DNA from: Bigelowiella natans CCMP2755
Lineage: Eukaryota; Protista; Cercozoa
Assembly (NCBI GenBank): GCA_000320545.1
Contig: ADNK01000166.1
Location: 1-64,000, forward strand
Direction: 5' to 3'
Length of the DNA: 64,000 nucleotides
This document shows, in pieces, positions 11,975 to 22,646 of this stretch; positions within the stretch are counted from its first letter, which is position 1, and every line of letters begins with the position of its first letter. Position numbers and translations under genes: made by a program. The notes below the pieces were generated by a model, which was not told the origin of the DNA, did not search any database, and saw only the letters and a list, made by a program, of their open reading frames with translations.

Positions 11975-14900
11975 ATGCCCGCGGAGGAGACCAAGAAAGG
12001 GGTGAAGAGGCCCGCAAAAACAACTCCAAATAACAAAAGTAAACCTAAAAGATCAAAGACTAAAAAAGGCAAAGAGAAAAAGAGTGGTCCAGGGTCTCAA
12101 CCAACTGTGAAAGACATTCTGAATGATCGCCTCACCCCTCTCGCGAATGCGTATTGGGCACTCGGTCAAAAGTCACTGAGACCCTACGATGCGAAGGTTG
12201 TTGAACAGATTTATAAGACAGAGCTTTCAGGAAGTGATCTAAAGAAGATTAATTCTCGGGCCGTGTTGCTAGAATTTAGCTCCTATTTGGAGAATTACCT
12301 CTGGAAGAACCTAGACCCGAAGACTTCAACATTTAGCCATATCATGTCCATTGTCATGATGGTCAATGAGAAGTTCAGAGAGAACGTACCTATATGGGAT
12401 GTCTTCCATGCACGAAATGAAGAACACATTGTTCCCTTTTTTGCACGGGTCTTTGGGTTGGGCTCGGAAAAGGAGATGACCTTGGTGGAAAAGATATCGC
12501 AGGTACTTTTCCTTATCAACTGCTATTCAAGTTTGGAGGATCAAAAGGTGCGATCCTGCTGTATGAAATATATTAGCCTTCCGATGTGGAAGCATCTAAG
12601 CAAAACTCGCCTTCGTGAAAATTTTCATCGGACACCCAAACTGCAAGCAGTTTGGAAAGTTATCGAGTCCAAACACACCGCAGCAGAATCGGATTTCTTT
12701 CCTAACCTCATGAAGGACTTCTTTTCCTACCTTGAGAAACCAAAGTTGGTTCATCTCGAACTGAAATACGTCTTGAGATGCATGGAGTTCTTTGTGGACT
12801 TACTGTCACGATTACCAACCCGACGATTTTTTCGGCCTTTGGTTGTGGATTGCCACTTTGTCGTGCGCTGTAATTTAAGCAATGTTTTCAAATCCCCAAA
12901 AGGAAAGCTCCTTCGTCAGTTGCTCAATATGATCATTTTTTATGAGGCATTCAATATCGACGATTCCGAAGGTAAAGCTCTCACTGAGAAGGAGATTGAA
13001 GTGCGACGACACGAAAGAATCGAAAGGCTTCAGGGTATGGCATTTAAGTTTTTCCGCAAGGAAATGTCATCGTTAGTGTTAGGATCTGTCTCGTCAATGG
13101 ATACTCGAGAGAACATACTTAAGCATCTTGAGAAGCTTTCCCTCCCGCGTCTCCGTGAACTCTGCGAGCGAGTCGGAATTCTAAGCAGCAAGGATGACAC
13201 TTCATTCTTGGAGGTCAAGCCCTGATCATTGGAAAAAAACGCTGAGCTCGCATCAACATCTTAATTTTCTGAGATTTTTTCAAACGATGGAAAGAATAGA
13301 TGTTGTACATATTTCATTGTTATTCTTGTATCACATTTGTACTGGAAGTAACGTAAATGTGATTTTCGTTATTCGCAGGTTCCTGAAAACAAAAAGTTTC
13401 TGTCCGAAATATTCGTAACATCTTTCGAAAAACGGAGGTCCCAGCGTCAAGAAGTAAGTGCTCTACCTTTATATCCGTCGGAAGAGGTTTTGTGGGATAT
13501 GAATCTGGTCCCTGAGCTGAATTATCAAGGAGATGAAGTGTTGGCTCTTCCGAAACTGAATTTGCAATTTTTGACGATCTATGATTATCTCCTCCGAAAC
13601 TTCAATCTTTTTCGCCTCGAGAGCACGTATGAGATTCGCGAGGATCTAAAAAATGTAGTTCATCGACTCAAGCCACGTCTTGCCGGGAATGGCGAAACTG
13701 TATTCACTGGCTGGGCGAAGATGGCCGTGCCAATAAAGGAATTCAGTATTACGAAGGTTCAAAAGCCTAAGATTGGAGAAGTGAAGCCAGCACTAGTTCA
13801 AGCTGAGGTGACTGTTGATCTTGCGCCATTCCAAACATACGTGAGGCAGGACTGGGAGGCCATACGAGAACATGATGTTCTTTTCTTGTTGAGCATCGAG
13901 GCAAAATATGGTCTAGAAGAGAAAATAGCGAAAAAGAAATCGATGAAACAACGTTTGGACCCCAAAGAATTAGGAATCAAGTACGTCCGCGGTTGTGAGG
14001 TACGAATTGTACTCGATGAAGAAAAGAGCATGATTGGTGAGCGGAAAAAGGATGGCACCCTCCGAGAAGGAGTCGGGGATCTGCGCACCTACAAGGTTGA
14101 AATGGACACTGCCCAGTATCAGATGGATATGACCGCGGTGGTGGATGGGAAGGATGACGTTAACCAAACTTTTAATCTACTCGTCAAGCGAAAAGCGAAG
14201 GAAAACAACTTCAAAGCCGTTCTGGCGACCATCCGAAATCTGATGGCCGGTCAGTTTGTAATCCCGGAGTGGCTTCACGATGTCTTTCTGGGCTATGGAG
14301 ACCCTGGGTCGGCAACATACCGCTCGGTGGCATCGCCAACATGGGATCTTAAGTTTGCCGATTCTTTTCTCAGCTTTAAGCACCTGAAGTCCTGTTTTGA
14401 ACATGAATACGAAGTGAAAGTTGAAGGCGGGGCGTCTGGAAAGGATGTTGCTCTGCCGCCTTACAACTTGCAGTTCTTGGACCAGAAAGCACGCGTTGAA
14501 ACCGTTGATCAGGACGGGGATACCAAAATGGACGTGAACAGCACGAAAGGGAAGAAGAAGCCAGTCCTGAAAGTTATCCCATACAAGTTCCCGGAACCAG
14601 GACCATATCCCGAGGATCAGCCAAAAAGAAATAAGATTCAGTTCACCGGGAAGCAGGTAGACCCCATGAACTATCATATGCTATATGCCCATGGTTTTAA
14701 TTTCTTCATTTCTTGTTATTACCACATAGGTTGAGGCTGTTCGTTCTGGTTTAAATCATGGCCTGACAATGATAGTCGGCCCCCCCGGAACGGGCAAGAC
14801 CGACGTAGCGGTGCAGATTATGGCAGAACTCTTCCACAACAACCCTAATCAAAGAACTCTTCTGGTAACACATTCAAACCATGCATTGAATGATTTATTT

Positions 14901-17306
14901 GAGAAGATTATGCAGAGAGATATTGACGAAAGATATCTCCTGCGTATGGGACGAGGGGAGGAGGAGCTGCAAACTGAGAAGGACTTTTCCAAATTCGGTC
15001 GAGTTAACTACATGCTTGAACGACGGCTCCATTGTCTGGAAGAAGTGGGTCGATTCGCCAAAAGCCTCGGGCTCGGAGATGATGCTGGATACACATGCGA
15101 AACTGCAGCACACTTTTATCTGCAATATGTGTTGGCGAGATGGGAAGTGTTCATCTCGCAGTGGGAGAAGTTCAAGAAGGATGGAACGAAACCACCAAAG
15201 CCACAAATGCAACAAGTTGTCGAACCAGAAACAAAGAAAGCTGGGGAAAAGGCTGAGTCTATGGAAGAGGAAGAGGAAGAAGAGGTAGTAATACTAATTT
15301 TCAAAAAGAACACACGATGAATCAACCTTTAATTCATTATGAACGGGTCTTTCGTGAGGCGCCATCGTCGTTACTCTCGTCGTGATCTCATTTTTTTTTA
15401 CCAGGACGAGAAAGAGGAAGAAAAGCCCCCGGTCGCGGATGTTGTTACCCCTCCATCGAACGTCGTCCTCGGATTTGTTGAGGAGTATTTCCCCTTCAGT
15501 ATCTTCTTCTCGAACGCGCCCAAGAAGGTGTTCACTGGAAATGACGATGTCGATATCGAAAAGGCTTGGGGTTGCTGGAGACACCTAAAGAACTTGTTCC
15601 TTGAACTGGAGGAATGCAGGCCGTTTGAGATCCTTCGCAACTACAAGGACCGTGGCAACTATCTAATCTCAAAGCATGCGAAGGTCATTGCGATGACCTG
15701 TACCCACGCTGCGATTCGTCGAGGAGAATTTGTGAGATTGAATATGCAATACGACAACCTCATTATGGAGGAGTCAGCCCAGATTCTTGAGATCGAGACA
15801 TTCATACCAATGCTTCTCCAAGAACACGATAAGGAATTCGGCTGTAGATTAAAACGGGTGGTGCTACTAGGAGATCATAACCAGCTTCCTCCAATCATCA
15901 AGAATATGGCATTCCAGAAGTACTCTCACATGGACCAATCCCTATTCTCACGTTTTATTCGACTTGGGACTCCCCACATCCAACTTAACGCTCAAGGGCG
16001 TTCCAGGGGCTCCATCGCAAAATTGTGGAATTGGCGGTATAAAGAGTTGGGAGACCTTCCTCATGTTGCAGAGCGTAAGGAGTTCCTGAAGGCGAATTCC
16101 GGATTCTCTTATGAGTATCAATTTATTAACGTGGAAGATCTTCGTGGAAAAGGCTGCACGTCACCGATGCCGTACTTCTACCAGAATCTTGCGGAGGCTG
16201 AGTACATAGTGCAGGTGTACATGTACATGCGTCTGCTCGGATATCCCGCCAGCACGATATCTATCTTGACAACGTACAACGGCCAAAAGGCTCTTCTTGA
16301 AGACATAGTTAATCAGAGATGCCGCAACAACTCGTTCTATGGCGCCCCCGCTCGTATTTCGACTGTCGACAAGTACCAGGGTCAACAAAACGATTACATT
16401 CTTCTGTCGCTCGTCCGGACCAAAACTGCTGGTCACATCAGGGACGTTCGCCGTCTTGTAGTAGCAATGTCTCGTGCTAGATTGGGCCTTTACGTATTCG
16501 GAAAGGAGAAGCTTTATCGAAACTGTTTCGAGCTTGCGAACACGTTCAACTTATTCCAGAAAAGGCCAACGAAGTTGTGCTTGAACCTCTCAGAGCTTAC
16601 TTCGTTGACGGAACGTTCGGTCGAAAAGACTGGAAAACTGTTCAAGGTCACGGATGTGGCCCATATGGGAAGCATCGTTTCTCAGATGGCACAACGTGCG
16701 CATCAAAACATTGTTCAGCATCATTACATTCAACAACAGGAAGAGGCAAACCAAAAAATGATGGAAGAGCAAGAAGTGAAGAAAACGATTGAAGAGAAGA
16801 AAGCGGAATATGCAAAAATGGATGGTCAAACAAATGCCACCAATGAGGAAGCCACACATGAGGAAGAGAATCAGGAGACAGTGGTTGAAGCAGCTCCATC
16901 TGGGCAAGAAGAGGGATCATCCATGCCCGGATCAGATATCACACCGCCTGGAAAGGTTCCTGTGGAAAAGAAAAGAAATGACGAAACTACCAAGACAACT
17001 GCAACGGCTGCGGTTTCAGAAATGGAAAGTCCATCAGGAGAGGCTAAAAAAGCAGAAAAAGAAGCCCCTAAGCCTATGGAAGAGGATACTAGTACTGCGG
17101 AGGCTGAGTCAACGCAGCAGGAGACGAAGGAGGCTGAAATCCCTAAGGAAGAAGAGGAAAAAGAAGAAGATGAAGTAGCGGAAATTCCTGATTATAAATC
17201 TATGAAGTTTCGCGAGTTGCAGAAATTATGCAAAGAAAATGGTCTAAAAGCTTCAGGAAAAAAAACAGCACTAATTGAGAGATTACTTGGACTCCACTCA
17301 AAGTGA
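11975..17306 (+). CDS. AQR: Aquarius (IBP160) spliceosomal SF1 RNA helicase with appended C-terminal acidic linker + SAP domain
   Basis: Four phase-0-linked exons 11975-13213, 13379-14656, 14730-15284, 15405-17306. Motifs: [94 protein letters not shown]. Confidence 0.96.
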
Positions 17307-17689
17307 AAGGATGATTGCATCCGCTAGTGAATGAGAAGTGAGATAAGTCTTAAATAATTAAGCATGTCGCGTAGTTACCACAAAATCCAAGGAACGTTGT
17401 ACGATTTACGAACACTACGAATGCATTGTACAACTGCACACATATACACGTGAGCTTTCATGACTGCACATGTCAATCATGCAATGATTGTTAGTAGGCG
17501 TACCTTGAAACAGCACATTTTTGTGGCAACAGAGGAGGCAACTAGTGCGGGTATGGGAAAAGGTGAAATTGGTAGCAGAGCCTCCTACCTCATCCGAACT
17601 GTCGCAAGCTCGGTCCGTGCATTGCAATGTGACATGGGGCACGTGATGATCGCATCTGCAGCAAGGCATGAGGCGTGCAGAAACTGAAT

Positions 17690-18440
17690 GAAGACATTGC
17701 GCGTGCGCCAATGGAGCAGCATGGATGCCTGTTGTTTTGCTAGTTTTGCTGCACATGCATGTGAGCGCGTCACCCATCTAGCCATGCTGGCATGGCAAAG
17801 AAAGAAAGAAACGTGATGATCGACCACATTTCCAAAGTGTTCTAGCTAGCTAGCTAGCCAGAACAGCATGACATTCTGGCATTTGCAAAGCACGAAATGC
17901 AGTGCTAGCTGCCTAATGGCAGTGCCTCAAGCTGAAATTTGAACGAAGACTGAATGAGAATTGACACGTTGGCTGCTGAGAAGTCCTGGCGGCTGACTCA
18001 ACTGCTTCGACACTCCCTCAGGCCTTCGCTAGTTCGGTCACGTGACAAGCAAAGGACCTGAACTCTTGAGTCAACCCGAAGGCGTGCGTGGCAGTGACTT
18101 TGCGAATCACCTTCCTGTGGTTGCCCCGCGAGGGGCTCACACATTTGGAATTTTCCGTTTTTTCCCCCACCGACTTGCATTTGTCGAATCAGGGGAAGCC
18201 AAACTTCTTCATTGAGATCCAATTTGCCAAATTGTTTGTTTGTTCAAATCAAATCCTAGCATGATCACACACTCCACACTCAGAACATCGTTTTCAGCAA
18301 CTTTTGTTGCCAATGCCTCAGTGGATTTCAATGGCTTTTCAATCTGGAATGCAGGACTGAGATCCTCTCCAAACTACATTTCCTGCGCGATTGCACAGCC
18401 TCTTTGGATCGTGCGACATCGAATGAGATCGTGAAACGGT
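17690..18440. other. TpA-depleted intergenic tract
   Basis: About 11 TpA in 750 bp, 9 of them in TAGC/GCTA context. Confidence 0.7.
17811..17905 (-). mobile_element. Degenerate 3'-end fragment of the same LINE family as 43860-45923
   Basis: gatgatcgaccacatttccaaagtgt and atttgcaaagcacgaaatgcagtgc match the reverse complement of the LINE 3' UTR at 45790-45870, interrupted by a (CTAG)n run. Confidence 0.6.
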
Positions 18441-18688
18441 CAGGTAGTGGCCAATGGCCAAGTCGCATGACAAAGATCTCCTACATCATTGCATCATCAT
18501 GGCACTTTTCGAGTGATCTTGCTGTTTCGGAACATTCCTAGCAAATTCTTTCTCCTTCTGATGCTTGCCGAACTCCATGTGTGCTAGTACATGTAGTGGT
18601 GTCTCTGTCTTCCACAGACTCAAAACTCAATCGCCGGTGAAGGCGCTCAAAACACACTAAATGGGGAATGAAGACTCCCGCATGTTTC

Positions 18689-18933
18689 GATCTCCATTCG
18701 GTCAATGGGCCTGGTTCAGTAGCAGTAAGAGTTACTGAAACCAGGCTGTGCGGTTCGACTCCTCACGAGATCACGGGGAGGTAAACTCGATTGTCACCAC
18801 GGTGCACTTTCGATTCCCTGCCTCCCACAAGGCCTAAAGGAGACTCACTAGTTGGGTCTTATAAGGTTCCGACCGCTTCCTTTAGGTGGCTACTGGTGTG
18901 GGATGAGAGGCCAGTTGAAGCTAAGGGTTTTTT
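18689..18933 (+). ncRNA. Candidate structured ncRNA: tRNA-like cloverleaf head + further stems + T6 tract
   Basis: GATCTC/GAGATC closing stem; CATT/AATG D-like arm; 15-bp GCCTGGTT-CAGTAGC/GTTACTG-A-AACCAGGC arm with 7-nt loop; T-arm GTGCGG-TTCGACT-CCTCAC (B-box GGTTCGACTCC). Then GGGAGGT/GCCTCCC (18776-18826), CCTAAAGGA/TCCTTTAGG (18833-18886) enclosing AGACTCA/TGGGTCT, and TTTTTT at 18928-18933. Confidence 0.5.
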
Positions 18934-18945
18934 AAGCCCATACTC

Positions 18946-18955
18946 TCTATATATA
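18946..18955 (+). promoter_or_regulatory. Possible TATA-like element upstream of the 19038 ORF
   Basis: ctatatatat about 85 bp before the ATG; could also be a simple (TA)n run. Confidence 0.3.
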
Positions 18956-19037
18956 TGATTTTCGTCCGGCAAAGTTTACCTCCCTTTGCGCGGATTTTTT
19001 AACATGACGAGGGAATGAAACAAAAGTATCAAAAATT

Positions 19038-20447
19038 ATGAAGTCAGTCTGGACTAAAGCCAATGAAGTGGATTCTTACAATGAAGAAGAAGAAGTGACG
19101 ATGTTCGTGAAGAGAAAGCTGTTCATAGCCAGAGTTTCTTCAGTCTCAGCGAAACAAGCACTGGTGACATATGTGAATGAAGACACCGGGGAAGATGAAA
19201 TGATTCTCAGGAGACAATATGCACTTCGGCCTGCTGAATCACTCTCTCTGAGGAACTTTAGAGATGAATCATTTAGGATTCCACTACCTCGCAAAGCCAT
19301 AGATCTAGCTCGACACCTTGAGGAAGGGGATGTCATCCAAATTGTCCAAGCCACAGTAACCTATGCTGCAGATGGTACCTCTGAAGATGTTTTACTTCGG
19401 GCTCCCCTGATCTCTGGTAGATTAAATCGAGAAAAGGTCAAAACCTGCGAGGTGGTAGTTGAGGACAACCTCTCTGTGAAATTTGATGAAATATTGGAAA
19501 CTTGCGAAGCTTCTTCAGCAGATGCTACTTGTAAGGCTACTACTGCTGCTGCTGACGAGGTTGATGATGACGACACTGTCTCGACTGTCACCGAAACTGT
19601 TGATGGAGAACAGAATGACGTGATAGGCAACAGTGTTGATGAAATAGAACCTGAGGAGATGAAGGCACATGAGAGCTACGACTGCGACGACCTTGGGGAA
19701 AGGGTTTATGCTCAGATGGACTCAATCATTTGTAAATTGACAGGCATGTTTCTTGAAAATGAGAGGGAGCAAGTTGAAGCAGTCATATGTGATAAGTTTA
19801 CGCTTCGTGAGGAAATGATCAGAGCTTTACAGCATCTCAACGAAGCAGAGAAAGAAGAACAGCTGCCTACTTCAGAAGTGAAAACGCAACTGGATGCTCC
19901 TACTCGTGCTCCTGTGGTTCAGCCTCCAAAGACAAAGACTAAGCAAGATTGGAAGGATTTGAGAAGAAAATTAAGAGGAGAACCACAGTGTACTGAGAGA
20001 GCGAGCAATGTGAAGAGGGAGAAGGTTTCGAAGGCTCCAGAGGAATCTGAAAAGAAATCTGAGCTATTTAAATTGCATCGAGCAGATACCAGAACAATGA
20101 AGAGCCTTGAGATCCCTTCTCTGTTGAAGCCTATTCATGGTGGTGATGATGGCTGGAAGACTGTCACAAGCAAGAAACCCAAGAGAAGGTATCTGAAACT
20201 TCGGATCGAAGATCTTAGAGCTGGAGACGAGTACGTGGGAGAAGTTACGGACGCCTTCAACTTCGGTTGCTTCATAAACTTCGGATGTGAAAAGGAAGGA
20301 CTCATGCGCTATGCCCACCCACGGAGCAAATCTGTGGGGCCTAAGGACAGGTTCGGGGTGAAGCGGGGGCAGAAAATGAAGGTCAGGGTGTTCAAGGCTG
20401 ACAGCTGTCGTCGAAGGATTTATCTAGACTTTGTCCATTATGCCTGA
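19038..20447 (+). CDS. Intronless 469-aa putative RNA-binding protein: S1-like domain - acidic linker - MLLE(PABC)-like domain - basic region - S1 domain
   Basis: Uninterrupted ORF. C-terminal LRAGDEYVGEVTDAFNFGCFINFGCEKEGLM...VKRGQKMKVRVFKADSCRRRIYLDF fits the S1 pattern. LGERVYAQM...KLTGMFLE...LREEMIRALQHL fits MLLE (LGExLY...KITGMLLE). The N-terminal FIARVSSV...DLARHLEEGDVIQIV is S1/OB-like (weaker). Confidence 0.7.
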   Translation: MKSVWTKANEVDSYNEEEEVTMFVKRKLFIARVSSVSAKQALVTYVNEDTGEDEMILRRQYALRPAESLSLRNFRDESFRIPLPRKAIDLARHLEEGDVIQIVQATVTYAADGTSEDVLLRAPLISGRLNREKVKTCEVVVEDNLSVKFDEILETCEASSADATCKATTAAADEVDDDDTVSTVTETVDGEQNDVIGNSVDEIEPEEMKAHESYDCDDLGERVYAQMDSIICKLTGMFLENEREQVEAVICDKFTLREEMIRALQHLNEAEKEEQLPTSEVKTQLDAPTRAPVVQPPKTKTKQDWKDLRRKLRGEPQCTERASNVKREKVSKAPEESEKKSELFKLHRADTRTMKSLEIPSLLKPIHGGDDGWKTVTSKKPKRRYLKLRIEDLRAGDEYVGEVTDAFNFGCFINFGCEKEGLMRYAHPRSKSVGPKDRFGVKRGQKMKVRVFKADSCRRRIYLDFVHYA

Positions 20448-20714
20448 TGTGGTACAAAAGTCTAAAGGAACAAAAAGTAACAATCATTACGGGCTGCAAA
20501 TTGTCACAAGGGAATATCGGCGTAACCCTGAAATTACCGTCTGGAACGGTGCGTCTATTTTCGAATTTTCCTTCAAGACCGTTCCCATCTCAGCGCATGT
20601 GTTTGATTTGGATGCAAACGTTGTCATGAACATGGAACAATTTCACTACAGCATCAACACTGTCTAGCTGTGCATGTGCCTGTGCATTTGCATGCACGTG
20701 TGTGCGAATCTACA

Positions 20715-20748
<34 letters not shown>

Positions 20749-21454
20749 CGCGCGCGCTTGGTGCCATGTGTGCAAGTTGTTGCTGTCGCTTGCTAGCTTG
20801 CTGCCCACTGTGCGCCATTTGCAGGCTGAGCTCCCAATGAATGCCATGGAAATCAGTGAAAAAAAAAGCCACAAAAGGCAAGTGTGTTGCAATGCATGTC
20901 ACATCGGCACAGCGTTGTGGCCAGCAAGCCAGTTTCCATGTGAGATGCAGTCTGGCAAGCACTCGCTGCTGAGCATGGTCACGTGTCACGGCAGTTTGTT
21001 GTCAAATCCAGACGACAACTGCATGTGAAAGCAAGTCTGATGCTGTGTCGTGCAGCGTGTTGCACCGTCAGTGGGGCCAGCTGTTGCCACTGCACGCAGC
21101 ACACACAACTGCATGATAGACATGCAATGCACTATGTGTATGACACATATTATGATAGACATGCAACACACTATGTGCATAATGTACATTGTGCATTGCT
21201 GTGTCTGTCATCTGTGACACAACATGCAAACATGCACGATGCAATGAGCAGCACTCATCACGCAATGACAACGTCATGATGGTCTGCACCATGCACGCAA
21301 TGAGCAGCAATCATGACAACATTTTGATGACACTCCATGCGCACAATGAACAGCATGCATCACTGGTCACAACGCTTTCATGGTCTCCATGCACGTGGCA
21401 ATCCCTGCACCAGGACTGAGGTCCTCACCAAGCTTGTTTAGACAACGACAAAGA

Positions 21455-21505
21455 CAACGATGAAAAACAACGTTTCCAAGTGGGTGTTGCAAGACACTTG
21501 CAAGG
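21455..21505 (-). mobile_element. Degenerate LINE 3'-tail copy
   Basis: gatgaaaaacaacgtttccaagtgggtgttgcaagacacttgca resembles the reverse complement of 45835-45875. Confidence 0.55.
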
Positions 21506-21618
21506 AAAGCATGACTCATCAAAAACTGCGAGTGAAAATGGCTTCATGCAAATCTCAGGATGAAAGAGCTGGCAGGAAATGGGATGAGAAGGAACACATC
21601 GATGATGAATGGATGAGT

Positions 21619-21795
21619 GAACAATGAACAATGAACAATGAACAATGATGACGAACTACATTTCCAAAATGTTGCAAGACATTTGCAGTGTGCGAAATGC
21701 AGTGCCTCGAACTGGCTTCAGTGAGGACTGTGACTAGCAAATCAACTAGCTGGTTTTTCAAAATGGCATGATTCAGTCATTGTGAAGCAATGACA
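21619..21795 (-). mobile_element. 5'-truncated LINE 3' end (3' UTR + (CATTGTT)n tail)
   Basis: Aligns over ~175 bp to the reverse complement of 45721-45900, e.g. cagtgcctcgaactgg-ttcagtgaggactgtgact-gcaaatcaact-gctgg; heptamer tail (gaacaat)n. Confidence 0.85.
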
Positions 21796-22103
21796 CTAGG
21801 AACATGTCCTTTTTATCCTGTGTGCAAATGCAAGTTCACTGCTGACAATGTCTCTGTGGACAGAATTGACAAGATGAACAACTGAAGGGTAGAACTTAAC
21901 ATTTGTGGGAGCATAACATCGGAGGAATATCAGATATAATTTGGTCCAAAGAAATCGCATCTAACGACAACATCCACCTCACCTACATCCGGTTCAGCCA
22001 GCCCCCGGGCTGCTCTTCGACACATAACAAAGAGCGTGTTGGACGGGCGAAGGCCTCACAGCGAGCCTGCAACTAACACCCTGCAAGCGGGAAGGCGGGT
22101 TAG

Positions 22104-22607
22104 GTGGCATCTGGGCTATTGTTTGACTGGAAAGCGGCGGTGGTCATTGGGTTCCGAACTGCAAATATAACCGACACCGAAACGCTTCCTTCTTCCGGAT
22201 TGAAGGGGGAGGACACAATATCAACGACGAACGAGAAAGCTAAGAGGAAGGGAAAACAGCGGAGGAGGGGGGGGAAAGCAACCGCCTCTAACTTTCGAGC
22301 ACATGACTGGTCAAGTAAGAAGACTCTGAGAACGGCCGAGCTTGCGTCGTCACACTGAGCATGGGTAATAGAAGAAATGTATTCGACGGGGTTGAGCTCA
22401 TGAGGAAGTGAAGTCATGGTATCGTGGGTGCAACAACAGCTGAATAAAATTTGATATTGGTTTTTGCATGTTTGGGTTGTGTATGTGATACTTTCACAGA
22501 TCTAACGCCACTGCCATCAGCTCGGACGAAGGCGTCCGAGACCTCTGCCCTTAGTGGCATTGGAATTAGCGAGATAGATGAGCTCTTTAAGGACATGAGC
22601 AATGTGC

Positions 22608-22646
<39 letters not shown>

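Larger units (their letters stand above)
20660..21800. other. TpA-depleted tract with decayed tandem repeats and LINE tails
   Basis: Long TA-free stretches, strong CATG/TGCA excess, short internal duplications (21112-21177; gcaatgagcagca units at ~21240 and ~21296). Confidence 0.7.

Noticed and set aside
15339-15404. N-terminus of the 655-aa ORF as a separate gene start
   Set aside because: It is intron sequence of AQR; the exon begins at 15405.
18689-18772. Canonical tRNA, tRNA-Sec, HDV-like or hammerhead ribozyme, or telomerase RNA
   Set aside because: Arm lengths and missing U33 do not fit a tRNA; no UCA anticodon loop; the TCCTCAC loop lacks a valid P3/P1 pairing; no CUGAUGA core; no telomeric template seen.
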